From the IMG/VR virus record IMGVR_UViG_3300035544_000037, positions 1-43,176 of that record: DNA of 43,176 bases. One strand, written 5' to 3'. This DNA is from an uncultured virus (IMG/VR IMGVR_UViG_3300035544_000037). Positions 9,066 to 18,923 of this stretch are shown here, piece after piece. Under the pieces are notes generated by a model. It worked only from the letters and a program-made list of their open reading frames with translations. It had not been told where the DNA came from and did not search any database. The translations under genes were made by a program, and so were the position numbers. Numbering within the stretch: the first letter of the stretch is position 1; each line of letters begins with the position of its first letter.

Positions 9066-9989
9066 ATGAAGGATATTTTAGGAAACAGAGTTGAAAGAAA
9101 AGATGGAATGTTACTGGAAAGAGATTTAGAGGCAATTGATGATGTCCTCTATGAACCAAAAGAGGAAGAATTGATTGTAAGAACTTTCCTTAGCACTTAT
9201 AGTGATATTCCAGAGCATGCTGAAACCTATCTTTATGATAGATATGAAAGACAAGGTAGTGCTAAGAGGTCTGCTGCTGGAGCAGATGATGTTCCATATG
9301 TAGACAATGATAAGGAAAGAATTACTCAAAAGGTAATTTCTATTGAGAATGGATTTAAAATTGAAAAGCAAGAGCTTAGAGCAGCTAGAGCTAATAACAG
9401 AAGTGTAGACACTGAAAAGGCTGAAACTGCTAGAAGATTTGTTGCTGAAAATGAAAATGATTTAGTATTCCTTGGTGATGCTGATTTAGGACTTGAAGGG
9501 TTTGTTAATGCTACTGGTATCAACACTTATGATGTTCCTAATGATTCAGATGCTGATGGTACTGCTTGGGAATTCAAAACTGGTCAAGAAATTATAGCAG
9601 ATATCAGAGAGGCAAGAGCTAAGGTTAACAAGGAAGATGGATATAGTGTAGATACCCTTATTCTTCCTCCTACTCAATATGAAGCATTAGCTAAACCTTA
9701 TAATGATTATAATAGTGAAACTATTATGACTTATCTAATGCAGCAAGGTTGGTTTGACCAAATCTTAGAAATTAGTTATTTAGAAGGGGCAGACCCAGAT
9801 GGTGCTAATGATTCAGGATTAATTCTTGATACTTCACCTTCAAATATGCAACTTGGATTGTCTATTGACTTCCAGAGAGAAGAACCATATAGACTTCCTA
9901 ATGGAGCTTATCAAGTAAGAACAGAAGAAAGAACTTGTGGATTAATCCTTCGCAGACCATTAGCTGTTTGTAGATTTGATTTAATTTAA
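9066..9989 (+). CDS. Major capsid protein (DUF2184-like, HK97 fold)
   Basis: LEAID..LYE, G.AK, ELRAA, ENDLVFLGD..LGLEG..N, TLILPP, GLILRRPLA motifs; 307 aa. Confidence 0.9.
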   Translation: MKDILGNRVERKDGMLLERDLEAIDDVLYEPKEEELIVRTFLSTYSDIPEHAETYLYDRYERQGSAKRSAAGADDVPYVDNDKERITQKVISIENGFKIEKQELRAARANNRSVDTEKAETARRFVAENENDLVFLGDADLGLEGFVNATGINTYDVPNDSDADGTAWEFKTGQEIIADIREARAKVNKEDGYSVDTLILPPTQYEALAKPYNDYNSETIMTYLMQQGWFDQILEISYLEGADPDGANDSGLILDTSPSNMQLGLSIDFQREEPYRLPNGAYQVRTEERTCGLILRRPLAVCRFDLI

Positions 9990-10008
9990 GAAGGGTAGGT
10001 CGATATGA

Positions 10009-10344
10009 ATGGTAGAAGTAGTAAATAATACCAAGGAAATAAAACACCTGCCATATGGTAATATTGCTTTACAGCCTGGTCTTAATAAAGTAAGTGAAAA
10101 AGAACTTGATAGGAACAAGGGGCACAAAGGCTTTGAGTATGACTTGAAGAATGGCAATATAAAAATAAAGTCTGAAGCTAAAAAGCCTGAAGAAAAAAGG
10201 GTTATCAATGATAAAGGTAATATTGATAGTGAATTCCCTAAACCTAAAGGTGGTGGATGGTATGAACTGTCCACTGGAGAAAGCATTCAGGGAAAGGAAG
10301 TAGCTGAAGAAATTCAGGAAAAGATTGATAAGGGTGAATTATAA
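10009..10344 (+). CDS. Head-associated hypothetical protein
   Basis: Follows MCP; C-terminal GGGWYELSTGESIQGKE motif. Confidence 0.65.
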   Translation: MVEVVNNTKEIKHLPYGNIALQPGLNKVSEKELDRNKGHKGFEYDLKNGNIKIKSEAKKPEEKRVINDKGNIDSEFPKPKGGGWYELSTGESIQGKEVAEEIQEKIDKGEL

Positions 10345-10673
10345 TGGCTAATACAACAGTAGATAAGGTATTGGCCATTGCCCCTCACCTTTCTGACCTT
10401 GATACTGATACTATTCAATTATTCATTGATGATGCTATTGGTATACTAGAAGATACTGCTTTAGATGGGAATGAAAGAGCTCAAAGGTATTTAGCAGCCC
10501 ATTATGGCAGTCTAACTGTCAGAAGAACTAGTGTAGAAAAGATAGAAGACATTAGAGTTGAATATGAAAGTTCTTCTGCTGATGCTGAAGGTTATAAAAC
10601 TACTGCTTATGGTCAAGAATTTTTAGAGATGTCTAAAAGTAAAAATGGTATTGACTTTAGGTTGTTTTCATAA
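10344..10673 (+). CDS. Head-tail adaptor (DUF4054-like)
   Basis: YLAAH and TTAYGQEF motifs, synteny. Confidence 0.8.
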   Translation: MANTTVDKVLAIAPHLSDLDTDTIQLFIDDAIGILEDTALDGNERAQRYLAAHYGSLTVRRTSVEKIEDIRVEYESSSADAEGYKTTAYGQEFLEMSKSKNGIDFRLFS

Positions 10674-11218
10674 TGAAAAGAATAACCATAAAGGATGATG
10701 ATAGGCAGTGGAAAAAGATTAACTCTGAAATGAAAAAGCTAAGTGGTGCTACCTTATTAATAGGGGTATTTGGTGATGAAGATACAGGTGAAGATGATTT
10801 TGGAATAGTAGATTTAGCTACTGTCCATGAATTTGGTATAAGAATAGCTGTTACAGAAAAAATGAGGAATTATTTAGCAGCTTTAGGTTATCCTCTTAAA
10901 TCTAGCACTACTGAAATAGAAATTCCAGAAAGGTCTTTTATAAGAAGGACTGCTGATGAGCAAGAAAGAAAGATAGTAAAACAAGCTAAAACCTTACTTT
11001 CCAGAGTAGCAGTTGGAGACATACCTGCTAGTTTAGCTATGGATAAATTAGGGAATTCAGTAGTATCAATGGTTCAGAAAACAATAGGCGATATAGAAAG
11101 TCCACCTCTTACCCAAATGACCATTGATTTAAGAGATGGGGATGGAGGGAGTGCTAGTCCTCTACAAGATACAGGCAGATTATGGCAGAGTATTGAATAT
11201 GAAGTGAGATGGTCTTAA
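10673..11218 (+). CDS. Neck/virion morphogenesis protein
   Basis: ATVHEFG, IPERSFIR, PLQDTGRLWQSI motifs. Confidence 0.8.
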   Translation: MKRITIKDDDRQWKKINSEMKKLSGATLLIGVFGDEDTGEDDFGIVDLATVHEFGIRIAVTEKMRNYLAALGYPLKSSTTEIEIPERSFIRRTADEQERKIVKQAKTLLSRVAVGDIPASLAMDKLGNSVVSMVQKTIGDIESPPLTQMTIDLRDGDGGSASPLQDTGRLWQSIEYEVRWS

Positions 11219-11574
11219 TGAAATTAAATTTTTCTCATGTACTAACAAAATATGAAAAAGGTTATGAGGTTACCAGAACTCCAGATGAACAAATAATCAA
11301 TGGTAGAGCTGTAGAAGGAACACCTATTACTGAAACCTTAAAATTAATTATGTTCCCTTTAAGGCCAGAACAAATAAATGATTATGAAGGTGGGGCTTAT
11401 ACTACTCAAGATAGAAAGATATATCAAAGAGAAGGTAGTATAATGCCTTTAAAAGAGCATGATACAATTTATGATTCAAGGAATGATAAAAATTATGAAG
11501 TAAGAGAAAAGACTTCATGGCTTGATTTTGCTGACTTCTCTACATTTGTAGCTAAGAAAGTTGTGGTAGAATGA
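11218..11574 (+). CDS. Head closure protein
   Basis: Size, synteny, EG...DRKIY beta pattern; TAATG coupling. Confidence 0.65.
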   Translation: MKLNFSHVLTKYEKGYEVTRTPDEQIINGRAVEGTPITETLKLIMFPLRPEQINDYEGGAYTTQDRKIYQREGSIMPLKEHDTIYDSRNDKNYEVREKTSWLDFADFSTFVAKKVVVE

Positions 11575-12116
11575 TAGACTTAGATGGGTTTTTAGATGAG
11601 CTATACCCTTATATAAAAGATTACTCTGGGGTTGAGCAACTTATATTAGGTACTAAAGATGTTAAACCTGAACTGATGAAATACCCAAGAGGAAGAATAG
11701 GTTTTACTACTAAGTATGATGCCCAACCAAGACAATCTTTTATAACTCTTAGGAAAGTAGTTCCAAGTGAAGAAATAGAGTTTGAAAATGATATAGAATA
11801 CACTTATATTATCAATTTTGACACTACTTTATCTTTAAACTTTTATGGTGAAGATGTAGATGTGTATGTAAATAAAGCTAGACAATGGTTTATGATAAAT
11901 AAACTAAATAGGGAATTTCTTAATAATTATGGTAAAGCTGTAATTAAAGAAATAACCCCTACTCAAAATAGAAAGACTTTTATTGAAACTGAATATGAAG
12001 ACAGGCAAGGCTTTGATGTGATATTGGGATTTTCAGACAAAGTTGTTGTTACTGAAAAGACTATTGAGATTGTACAATTTAATATGAATGGAGAAAGATT
12101 TGAAGTAGATATTTAA
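11571..12116 (+). CDS. Tail terminator/neck protein
   Basis: Immediately before sheath; YP, YEDRQGFDV motifs. Confidence 0.7.
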   Translation: MIDLDGFLDELYPYIKDYSGVEQLILGTKDVKPELMKYPRGRIGFTTKYDAQPRQSFITLRKVVPSEEIEFENDIEYTYIINFDTTLSLNFYGEDVDVYVNKARQWFMINKLNREFLNNYGKAVIKEITPTQNRKTFIETEYEDRQGFDVILGFSDKVVVTEKTIEIVQFNMNGERFEVDI

Positions 12117-12130
12117 AGGGAGGTTTAATT

Positions 12131-13165
12131 ATGTCTAAGGATGTAGAAGTGGTCATTTTTGACCAAACAAGCCCAATCAGTAAAGAAGGGTTTGGATTAC
12201 CATTAGTCTTTGTACCTGATACTGATGTAGCATATAAAGAAGTAGAAGGTACTGATGGGTTGACTACTCTTACTAGTGGTAGTATGGGATATGAAATGGT
12301 AAGTAAAATATTTGAGCAAGAACCAAGTCCACAAGAAGTTGCTGTTTATGGTACTGATTTAGGTGCGACTACTCCAGATTATGCTAGTATCACAGGTGCT
12401 CTAAATGATTTAGTGTTGGAGCATAATGATTTTTATTTTGTTCTATTGGCTAGTAGAGTTCAGGCAGATATTGAAGAAACAGCTAGTTGGACTGGAGCAA
12501 ATGGAAAATTATTCATCACTCAACCAGATATTACAGAAACAGTTGCTAATATTGAAACTATGGCTAGTACAATTAGCTCTAGTAGAGTTGGTATTTTTGC
12601 TCATGATGGTGGAAGTGCTGGTACAGACCAATATTTGGATGCAGCTATTACAGGTAGAATGGCTCCAACTGACCCTGGTAGTTCAACTTGGAAATTCCAA
12701 GGATTAAATGGAGTTTCAGTTGCTACTTATTCTAACACTGACCAGAACACATTGCTTGATGCTAATGTAAATAGTTATGTTAGAAGAATGGGTGTAGATA
12801 TGACTAGTGAAGGTAAGGAAACTAGTGGAGGATTTTTAGATATTCAAAGAGCTAAAGATTGGATGAAAGCTAGAATTGAAGAGGGTATTTTCTTCCTACT
12901 TTATAATAGTGAGAAAGTTCCTTATGATAATCCTGGAATTGGATTGGTAGTTTCAGAACTTAAGGCAGTTCTAAAACTAGCTGTGAGAAGAAAAGTTATT
13001 GCTAAGGATGCTGACGGAAACGGAATGTGGGAAGTTACAGTTCCTACTAGAGAACAAATACCTGATAATGATATAGCTAATAGAATTTTACCAGATATTG
13101 ATTTTGTAGCTACTGTTGCTGGTGCTGTTCATACAGTGCAGGTAGAAGGAGTATTAAAAGTATAG
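12131..13165 (+). CDS. Tail sheath protein (DUF3383-like)
   Basis: PGSSTWKFQGLNGV, FLDIQRAKDW, KVPYDNPGI, AGAVHTV motifs. Confidence 0.9.
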   Translation: MSKDVEVVIFDQTSPISKEGFGLPLVFVPDTDVAYKEVEGTDGLTTLTSGSMGYEMVSKIFEQEPSPQEVAVYGTDLGATTPDYASITGALNDLVLEHNDFYFVLLASRVQADIEETASWTGANGKLFITQPDITETVANIETMASTISSSRVGIFAHDGGSAGTDQYLDAAITGRMAPTDPGSSTWKFQGLNGVSVATYSNTDQNTLLDANVNSYVRRMGVDMTSEGKETSGGFLDIQRAKDWMKARIEEGIFFLLYNSEKVPYDNPGIGLVVSELKAVLKLAVRRKVIAKDADGNGMWEVTVPTREQIPDNDIANRILPDIDFVATVAGAVHTVQVEGVLKV

Positions 13166-13180
13166 AAAGGATGATAAATA

Positions 13181-13603
13181 ATGGCTCAATATGACCCAAC
13201 CAAAGTCATTACAGTTGTAGATGGACACATTTTAACTGGTTTTGGTGAAGATACTATGGTAACAATCACCAGAGCTGAAGATAAAAGAACAGTCCATGTA
13301 GGAACTCAAGGTGAAACTACTTTTGTTAAGAGTGCTAATGATGTAGCTGATGTTACATTTACTCTAGCAGATAATTCACCAAGTAATGCTAAATTGATGG
13401 AATTGTATAATCAAGACCAATCATTCTCTTTTGCTACTCAAGATTTTAATTATACAGATGATGTTTCTGGTTTTGGTAGTGAATGTGTTGTTAGAAGTAT
13501 TCCAGATAATGAAAAGGGTTCAGACTTGAATGAGAGAGAGTGGACACTTATAGCTGCTGATTATGAAGAAATTATAAGAGGAATGGAAGGTGTGATTGAA
13601 TAA
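13181..13603 (+). CDS. Tail tube protein (DUF3277-like)
   Basis: YDP..V, TGF, VG..GE, TL...SPSN, REW motifs; follows sheath. Confidence 0.85.
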   Translation: MAQYDPTKVITVVDGHILTGFGEDTMVTITRAEDKRTVHVGTQGETTFVKSANDVADVTFTLADNSPSNAKLMELYNQDQSFSFATQDFNYTDDVSGFGSECVVRSIPDNEKGSDLNEREWTLIAADYEEIIRGMEGVIE

Positions 13604-13851
13604 TGCCAAAAAATGATAATGTAAAAAAGACAATTAATGGGGAAGAATATGTATTACAACATCCAGGTGTAGAATGGGTAGTAGACCATAGTGATAAGTG
13701 TACTAATGCTCAGGGGAACTTGGTAAGAAAGAAGTATTTACAGGGTTTATTTGATAATGTAGTAATTAAGCCATCTAAACTAACTCTAGACAGCTTTGAT
13801 AGTGTAGCAGAAATGAGAGATGTGGTTAATGAAATAGAATCATTTCTATAA
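13603..13851 (+). CDS. Tail assembly chaperone (G-like)
   Basis: Between tube and tape measure; INGEEYVLQHPG motif. Confidence 0.8.
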   Translation: MPKNDNVKKTINGEEYVLQHPGVEWVVDHSDKCTNAQGNLVRKKYLQGLFDNVVIKPSKLTLDSFDSVAEMRDVVNEIESFL

Positions 13852-14086
13852 GCCTGATCATACTGAATACCTGGTAGATGAATATGGCATTCATCACATA
13901 GGAGCAGTAAAAAGGGATAAGTACAAAGCTAGAATAAGAAGAAATAAAATGAAATTTTGGGACTTAGTATTTTTCCTAAAAGACTATGAAGGTGTTAAGA
14001 ATATGACTTATGATAAGTTTATTGAGGCATATACTGCTTATGAAATGATGTCTAAAGAAACCAAGAAGAATAAAGGGGGTGGCTAA
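13844..14086 (+). CDS. Tail assembly chaperone extension (T-like), +1 frame, not in ORF track
   Basis: 80-codon open frame FYKPDHTEYLVDEYGIHH...VKNMTYDKFIEAY...KGGG fills the gap to the tape measure and has no start with a good RBS. Confidence 0.7.
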   Translation, partial: FYKPDHTEYLVDEYGIHHIGAVKRDKYKARIRRNKMKFWDLVFFLKDYEGVKNMTYDKFIEAYTAYEMMSKETKKNKGGG

Positions 14087-14088
14087 AC

Positions 14089-16560
14089 TTGGCACAGAGA
14101 AATTTAGCTATTGGAATTGATTTTGGAATTGATTATGGAAAAATGGATAAGGCAGATGCTAAAGTCCAAGAATTAAAACAAAATGTAAGACAAGCAGAAG
14201 GTGTTTTAGGAACAATGGGTGCTACTGCTAAACTTACAGGGTATCAATTACAACAAGCATTCAAAACAGGTTTAGCTACTCTTGAAAAGTATAAGTATGA
14301 ATTGCTTGGGGCATTTACTGCTATGTCTACTGCTATGTATAATATAGGTAAGGCTGGAGCAAAATTTGACTACCAGGTAAGAAGAACAGGTTTAGTAGCA
14401 GAGGCAACAGCTGATGAAGTTGCTAAACTTTCTCAAGAGGCAAGGCAATTAGGTATTGACACCAGATTCACAGCTAGTCAAGCAGCTGCTGGTCAAGAAA
14501 TGTTAGCCAGAATGGGTTTTGAAGTTGATGAAGTAATTGGAGCTTTACCTGGAATTTTAGATATGGCTGCTGCTTCAGATATGGAATTAGCTGATGCTTC
14601 AAGAATTGTTGCTAAATCCTTAAATACTATGAGATATGAGGCAGAAGAGGCAGTAAGAGTTGCTGATGTCCTCTTAAAAGCATCTACTTCTGCTGGTGCT
14701 AATGTGGCTCAATTAGGTACTGCTTTTACAGAAGTAGCTGGTGAGGCAGAAGGTGTTGGCTGGGAAATTGAAGAGATGACTGCTGCCTTAGGTCTTTTAG
14801 CTGATAGAGGTGAAACTGGTACTAGAGCTGGTAGAAGATTTAGAAGTGTTATCCAGGATTTACTTTCCCCAACTGCTCAAATGACTGAAGAAATGAATAA
14901 ATTAGGTATTGAGCTTTGGGATGATGAAAATAATTTTAAATCCTTGACTGGAGTTGTAAAGGAATTTGAAATGGGTTTAGAAGGTTTATCCTTACAAGAA
15001 AGACAAAGGTCACTTTCAAATATGTTCACTAAAAGAGGTTTGGCAGTTTTTAGAAAAATATTAAGTGCTGGTTCTGATGAATTGACTGATTTTGAACAAA
15101 AATTAATTGATTCAGGTGGAACTGCTCAAATGATGGCAGAAGAACAAATGGATACTTTAATTGGTGCTTTTAAAGAATTAAAGGGTTCAATTAATGTTGC
15201 TGCTATTAATATGAGTCTGACTTTTATTCCTATGATGAAAAACTTTGTTCAAAGTGTTAAAGATGGTGTTAATGTATTCAATGAATTGCCACCTATGACT
15301 CAAGGTTTAGTTGGTAGTATAGGATTAGCTACAACTATTGTTTTAGGATTAGCTACTGCTTTTGCTTTCCTTAGAAGGCCAGTTATGGCTGTCTGGGGAG
15401 TGTTTAAATGGATAGGAAGTTCTACTATTTTCAAAACAATAGTAGGAGGACTTGGCTTAACAGCAGGTAAAGTTGCTATCTTAGCAGGATTAGTAATTGG
15501 ATTGTACTTTGCTTTTGAGGATTTATACCTTTCAATAGAACATGGATATGATGGAGTTTTACTTCCTTTAATAGATAGTTTCTTAGATTTTATTGGGGTA
15601 GGTTGGGACTTTATAGAAGTTTGGAATAGAGTTAAATTCTTTTTCATAGATTTATGGGCTAATGTTAAATTGCTTGGTTCTGGTTTATGGACATTAACAA
15701 AAGGGTTTGGAGAATTGATATGGGCTTTGGTTAACTTTGATGCTGAAGGTGTACTTGAAGCATTTGGTTCTATTGGTGATGGATTAGCAGAAATGTCCAC
15801 TCCATTTTATACAATAGGTGAACTTTTAATTGGAGCTTTATTTGATGGTATAATAGGGCTTTTAGATTTAAAAGGGGCTTTACTTTATACCTTATTCACT
15901 ATGACCATAGAAAAGGTTTGGAATGATTTAATAGTTGAAGTAGCTAGTTGGGTAGGAATTGAACTCCCAGAGCTTAAGTTTTTAGATTATGATGAGGCAA
16001 AAGAAAAAATATATAATACCACTGTTGATTTGTGGGAAGGAACAAAAGCTGCCTTTTGGGCTATATTTAATATGCAAGATTTGATGATTGAAATATTAGA
16101 TTTTTCACTTGAAGGGGAAGGCATTTTAAGTGGAATTAAAGATGATTTGGATAACTGGTGGGATGATATAGTAAGCTGGTTTGATGAGAAATTCAATATT
16201 AAATCAATAATTGAAGATAAGTTTGATTTTGATTGGTCTAGTTTAGTTCCAGATTGGGCTCAAAAATTCATCCCTGGAATAGACACTGGAACTGAAGAAA
16301 AAAGTAATAATGTTAAAACAAGTCCTACAGCAGCAGCTAGTGGTAAAAAACAAGAGTACAAATACACTATAACAGGAGGAATGCAACCTGTAAATAATAC
16401 TACTAGCACTACAAAACAAGCACTAAATGAGCAAAGGAATGAATTTAATATTACCATAGATAATTCTAATGGTAATGATGAAGATTTATTGCTTAAAATT
16501 AGAAGGACTTTACAGGATGAATTTACTAAGGGTAGATTAGCAGAAACAGGTGGTATTTAA
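14089..16560 (+). CDS. Tape measure protein (TP901-like core)
   Basis: TRFTASQAAAG, LARMGF, LPGILDMAAA core; Ala/Gly-rich helices, hydrophobic segments, Trp-periodic repeats. Confidence 0.92.
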   Translation: MAQRNLAIGIDFGIDYGKMDKADAKVQELKQNVRQAEGVLGTMGATAKLTGYQLQQAFKTGLATLEKYKYELLGAFTAMSTAMYNIGKAGAKFDYQVRRTGLVAEATADEVAKLSQEARQLGIDTRFTASQAAAGQEMLARMGFEVDEVIGALPGILDMAAASDMELADASRIVAKSLNTMRYEAEEAVRVADVLLKASTSAGANVAQLGTAFTEVAGEAEGVGWEIEEMTAALGLLADRGETGTRAGRRFRSVIQDLLSPTAQMTEEMNKLGIELWDDENNFKSLTGVVKEFEMGLEGLSLQERQRSLSNMFTKRGLAVFRKILSAGSDELTDFEQKLIDSGGTAQMMAEEQMDTLIGAFKELKGSINVAAINMSLTFIPMMKNFVQSVKDGVNVFNELPPMTQGLVGSIGLATTIVLGLATAFAFLRRPVMAVWGVFKWIGSSTIFKTIVGGLGLTAGKVAILAGLVIGLYFAFEDLYLSIEHGYDGVLLPLIDSFLDFIGVGWDFIEVWNRVKFFFIDLWANVKLLGSGLWTLTKGFGELIWALVNFDAEGVLEAFGSIGDGLAEMSTPFYTIGELLIGALFDGIIGLLDLKGALLYTLFTMTIEKVWNDLIVEVASWVGIELPELKFLDYDEAKEKIYNTTVDLWEGTKAAFWAIFNMQDLMIEILDFSLEGEGILSGIKDDLDNWWDDIVSWFDEKFNIKSIIEDKFDFDWSSLVPDWAQKFIPGIDTGTEEKSNNVKTSPTAAASGKKQEYKYTITGGMQPVNNTTSTTKQALNEQRNEFNITIDNSNGNDEDLLLKIRRTLQDEFTKGRLAETGGI

Positions 16561-17102
16561 TGGCAGCACTAGGTAATTTAGTCTTTGATGTAGTTGAACA
16601 AGAACAACCAACCTTTACAAATACCATTACAGATAAACCAGTAGAAAGTGGTATGAATATTTCTGACCATATTAGAAATGAACCCACTACTTTAAGCATA
16701 AAGGCTATTTTCTCTGGAAGTGAGGCAATGGATAAGTATTCTGAATTGGTAGAAATGAAAGATTCAGAGGAACTCATTGCCTATTCTGGAGGCTTAGGAA
16801 CTTATACTAATTTAGCTATTGAAAGCATAAGTCCTATGAAAGATGCAAGTTATGGTGATGGATATGAATGCACTATAACCTTAAAGCAGGTAAGAATAGT
16901 TGAACTACAAACAGTAAATATAACCTTAGGTGTAGACCCAGAAACTGGAGAGCAAGTTCAAGGGGGAACATCAGAAGATGAAACTGATGAAAAGGCTACT
17001 GGTGAAGAAGAAATAGATGAAGGAAGTGCTGACCCTACTAGTCTTAGAATTTTTACTGATATTGGAAAAAGTTGGTTTAATGGGGATGGTGAAGAAGAAT
17101 GA
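16560..17102 (+). CDS. Baseplate/tube initiator (Dit-like)
   Basis: ITDKPVESG..ISDH...P motif; follows tape measure. Confidence 0.75.
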   Translation: MAALGNLVFDVVEQEQPTFTNTITDKPVESGMNISDHIRNEPTTLSIKAIFSGSEAMDKYSELVEMKDSEELIAYSGGLGTYTNLAIESISPMKDASYGDGYECTITLKQVRIVELQTVNITLGVDPETGEQVQGGTSEDETDEKATGEEEIDEGSADPTSLRIFTDIGKSWFNGDGEEE

Positions 17103-17428
17103 TTTTAAAAACTTTACCATTAGATATTAGTAATATAAAGTTTAGACCAGAAAAGTTTATAACAGAAATTAATGAAATCCCTTATAGATTTGAATTCTCA
17201 TATAACACTTATGACCATAAATTTTATGTAAGTATTTATGAAGATTTAACTGATAAAGCTATTATAGAAGGTAGAAAACTGATTTATGCTGAAAATTTAA
17301 TGGCATTAACTTCAGAAGATTTTATAATTGTTCCTTTAGATTTTAGTGGAGAGAATAATGAGATAACTTATGAGAATTTAACAAGTGAGATTAAGTTGTA
17401 TTTGGCAACTGGTGATACTAATGCCTAA
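17099..17428 (+). CDS. Baseplate plug-like protein
   Basis: YRFEFSYN...FYVSI, G.KL pattern, synteny. Confidence 0.65.
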   Translation: MILKTLPLDISNIKFRPEKFITEINEIPYRFEFSYNTYDHKFYVSIYEDLTDKAIIEGRKLIYAENLMALTSEDFIIVPLDFSGENNEITYENLTSEIKLYLATGDTNA

Positions 17429-18224
17429 ATATTGGATTAGAACAGTTAAATTCCAAACAGAAAATTTAGAAATAAAAATGCCTGGAATTCATATTGAATT
17501 TAATATTGAATTTTCAGATGAAAGTGATGGAAATGTTGGTGAAGTAGTCCTTTATAATTTAAAAAATGAAACAATAGAAGGGTTAAAAGCTGAAACTCAA
17601 TTTATTTTAAAGGCTGGGTATAAAGAGCATAATGGTATTGTACTTCCTGGAATAATTAAGAAATCAGTTACTCAATGGGATAAAGTAGATAAGGTTACAA
17701 CTTTAATAGTTGGAGATAATACTGAAGCATGGCTTAGGTCTACTGTAAATAAAACTTGGAAGGCTAACTCTAAAGCATCTCAAATTGCTCCAGAATTGAT
17801 TAAAAACACTGGTCTAAGTGTTGGTGAAATAGACTTAGTAGAAGATGTAACTTATGAAAAAGGGGTTACATTTTCTACTACCAATAGAAAGGCTTTAGAA
17901 GAAATAGCAGCTGATACTGGGTCTAAATTACACTCTAGTAGAGGTAAGATATATCTTAGACCAAGTAAGACTTCTAATAGAAGGGCTATTCTCTTAAACA
18001 GTGATACTGGACTTATTTCTTCTCCAGAAAAAACTGATGAAGAAGATAGTGAAAAATATACAGTTTTATCTTTATTCAATTATAAAATTCAAACTGATAC
18101 CCTTATAAGATTAGAAAGCAAAACAGTTGAAGGAAATTTTAGAGTTATAGAAGGAGAGCATGTTTGTCAAGGTGATAACTATCAAACAAAAATGGAGGTA
18201 GAGATGATTGAAGGAAATCAATAG
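17421..18224 (+). CDS. Baseplate hub protein
   Basis: LYNL, LKAGY, LLNSDTGLISSP, LES...G.F.V...H.GD motifs. Confidence 0.8.
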   Translation: MPKYWIRTVKFQTENLEIKMPGIHIEFNIEFSDESDGNVGEVVLYNLKNETIEGLKAETQFILKAGYKEHNGIVLPGIIKKSVTQWDKVDKVTTLIVGDNTEAWLRSTVNKTWKANSKASQIAPELIKNTGLSVGEIDLVEDVTYEKGVTFSTTNRKALEEIAADTGSKLHSSRGKIYLRPSKTSNRRAILLNSDTGLISSPEKTDEEDSEKYTVLSLFNYKIQTDTLIRLESKTVEGNFRVIEGEHVCQGDNYQTKMEVEMIEGNQ

Positions 18225-18915
18225 AACTATTAAGGCTATAATAGAAGATAGGATAGATAGTATTCATACTGCTCTGCCTGCTAAAATTAAGAGTTATGAT
18301 GCTAAAACAATGTATGCTGAAGTAATTCTTCTAAATAAGAAAGAGTTAGAAGGTGAACAAGTTCAAATTCCTCCAGTAGTAGAAGTTCCAGTAGCCCATT
18401 TAAATGCTGATAGATTTGTTATAAGACCACCCTACTCTAAGGGGGATATAGTTCAAGTAATTTTTAATGAAAGGGCTTTAGACAAGCTATTAATTACAGG
18501 TAAAAGTGAAGAAGTTAAGCTGACTAGAAAATTTAGTTATGATGATGCTGTAGTAGTTAAAGGTTTAAAATTAGAAAGTGAACCAGATTTAAACCCTAAT
18601 TATACAGAAGATTTGCTCATAGAAAATCAAGAAGCTGGTAGCAGAATTGTTATGAAAAAGAATGGTGATTTATTAATTGAAACTACTGGAAATACTGATG
18701 TGACTACTACTGGCAATACCACAGTTAATTCTGGAAGCCCTGTAACAGTCAATGCTCCTACTACCACTGTGAATGGAAAGGTTAATTTAGCAGGAGGTGG
18801 CCCACCAATAGCTAGAATAGGTGATGCAATTGAAACTTATGTTAGTGGTGGTTCTTCAGCTGGAACTCATGCAGGAATAATTGTAGCTGGTAGTGGGCAA
18901 TCAACTTCGGGGTAG
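18208..18915 (+). CDS. Central baseplate spike (Gp138/gpV-like)
   Basis: HTALPAKI..YD, VPV, KGD, FNER OB-fold motifs; Thr/Gly/Asn beta-helix repeats; PAAR-like C-terminus. Confidence 0.85.
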   Translation: MKEINRTIKAIIEDRIDSIHTALPAKIKSYDAKTMYAEVILLNKKELEGEQVQIPPVVEVPVAHLNADRFVIRPPYSKGDIVQVIFNERALDKLLITGKSEEVKLTRKFSYDDAVVVKGLKLESEPDLNPNYTEDLLIENQEAGSRIVMKKNGDLLIETTGNTDVTTTGNTTVNSGSPVTVNAPTTTVNGKVNLAGGGPPIARIGDAIETYVSGGSSAGTHAGIIVAGSGQSTSG

Positions 18916-18923
18916 GTGATTAA

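Noticed and set aside
9066..9989. Encapsulin nanocompartment
   Set aside because: Family resemblance only; the gene lies in a full virion operon with portal and protease
9970..10344. Frameshift or readthrough fusion of the capsid protein to the next gene
   Set aside because: TGA at 10006-10008 closes the downstream frame immediately before its ATG
12426..12707. Alternative-frame ORF inside the sheath gene
   Set aside because: No RBS; Leu/Gln/Val-rich composition expected from the off-frame reading of the sheath codons
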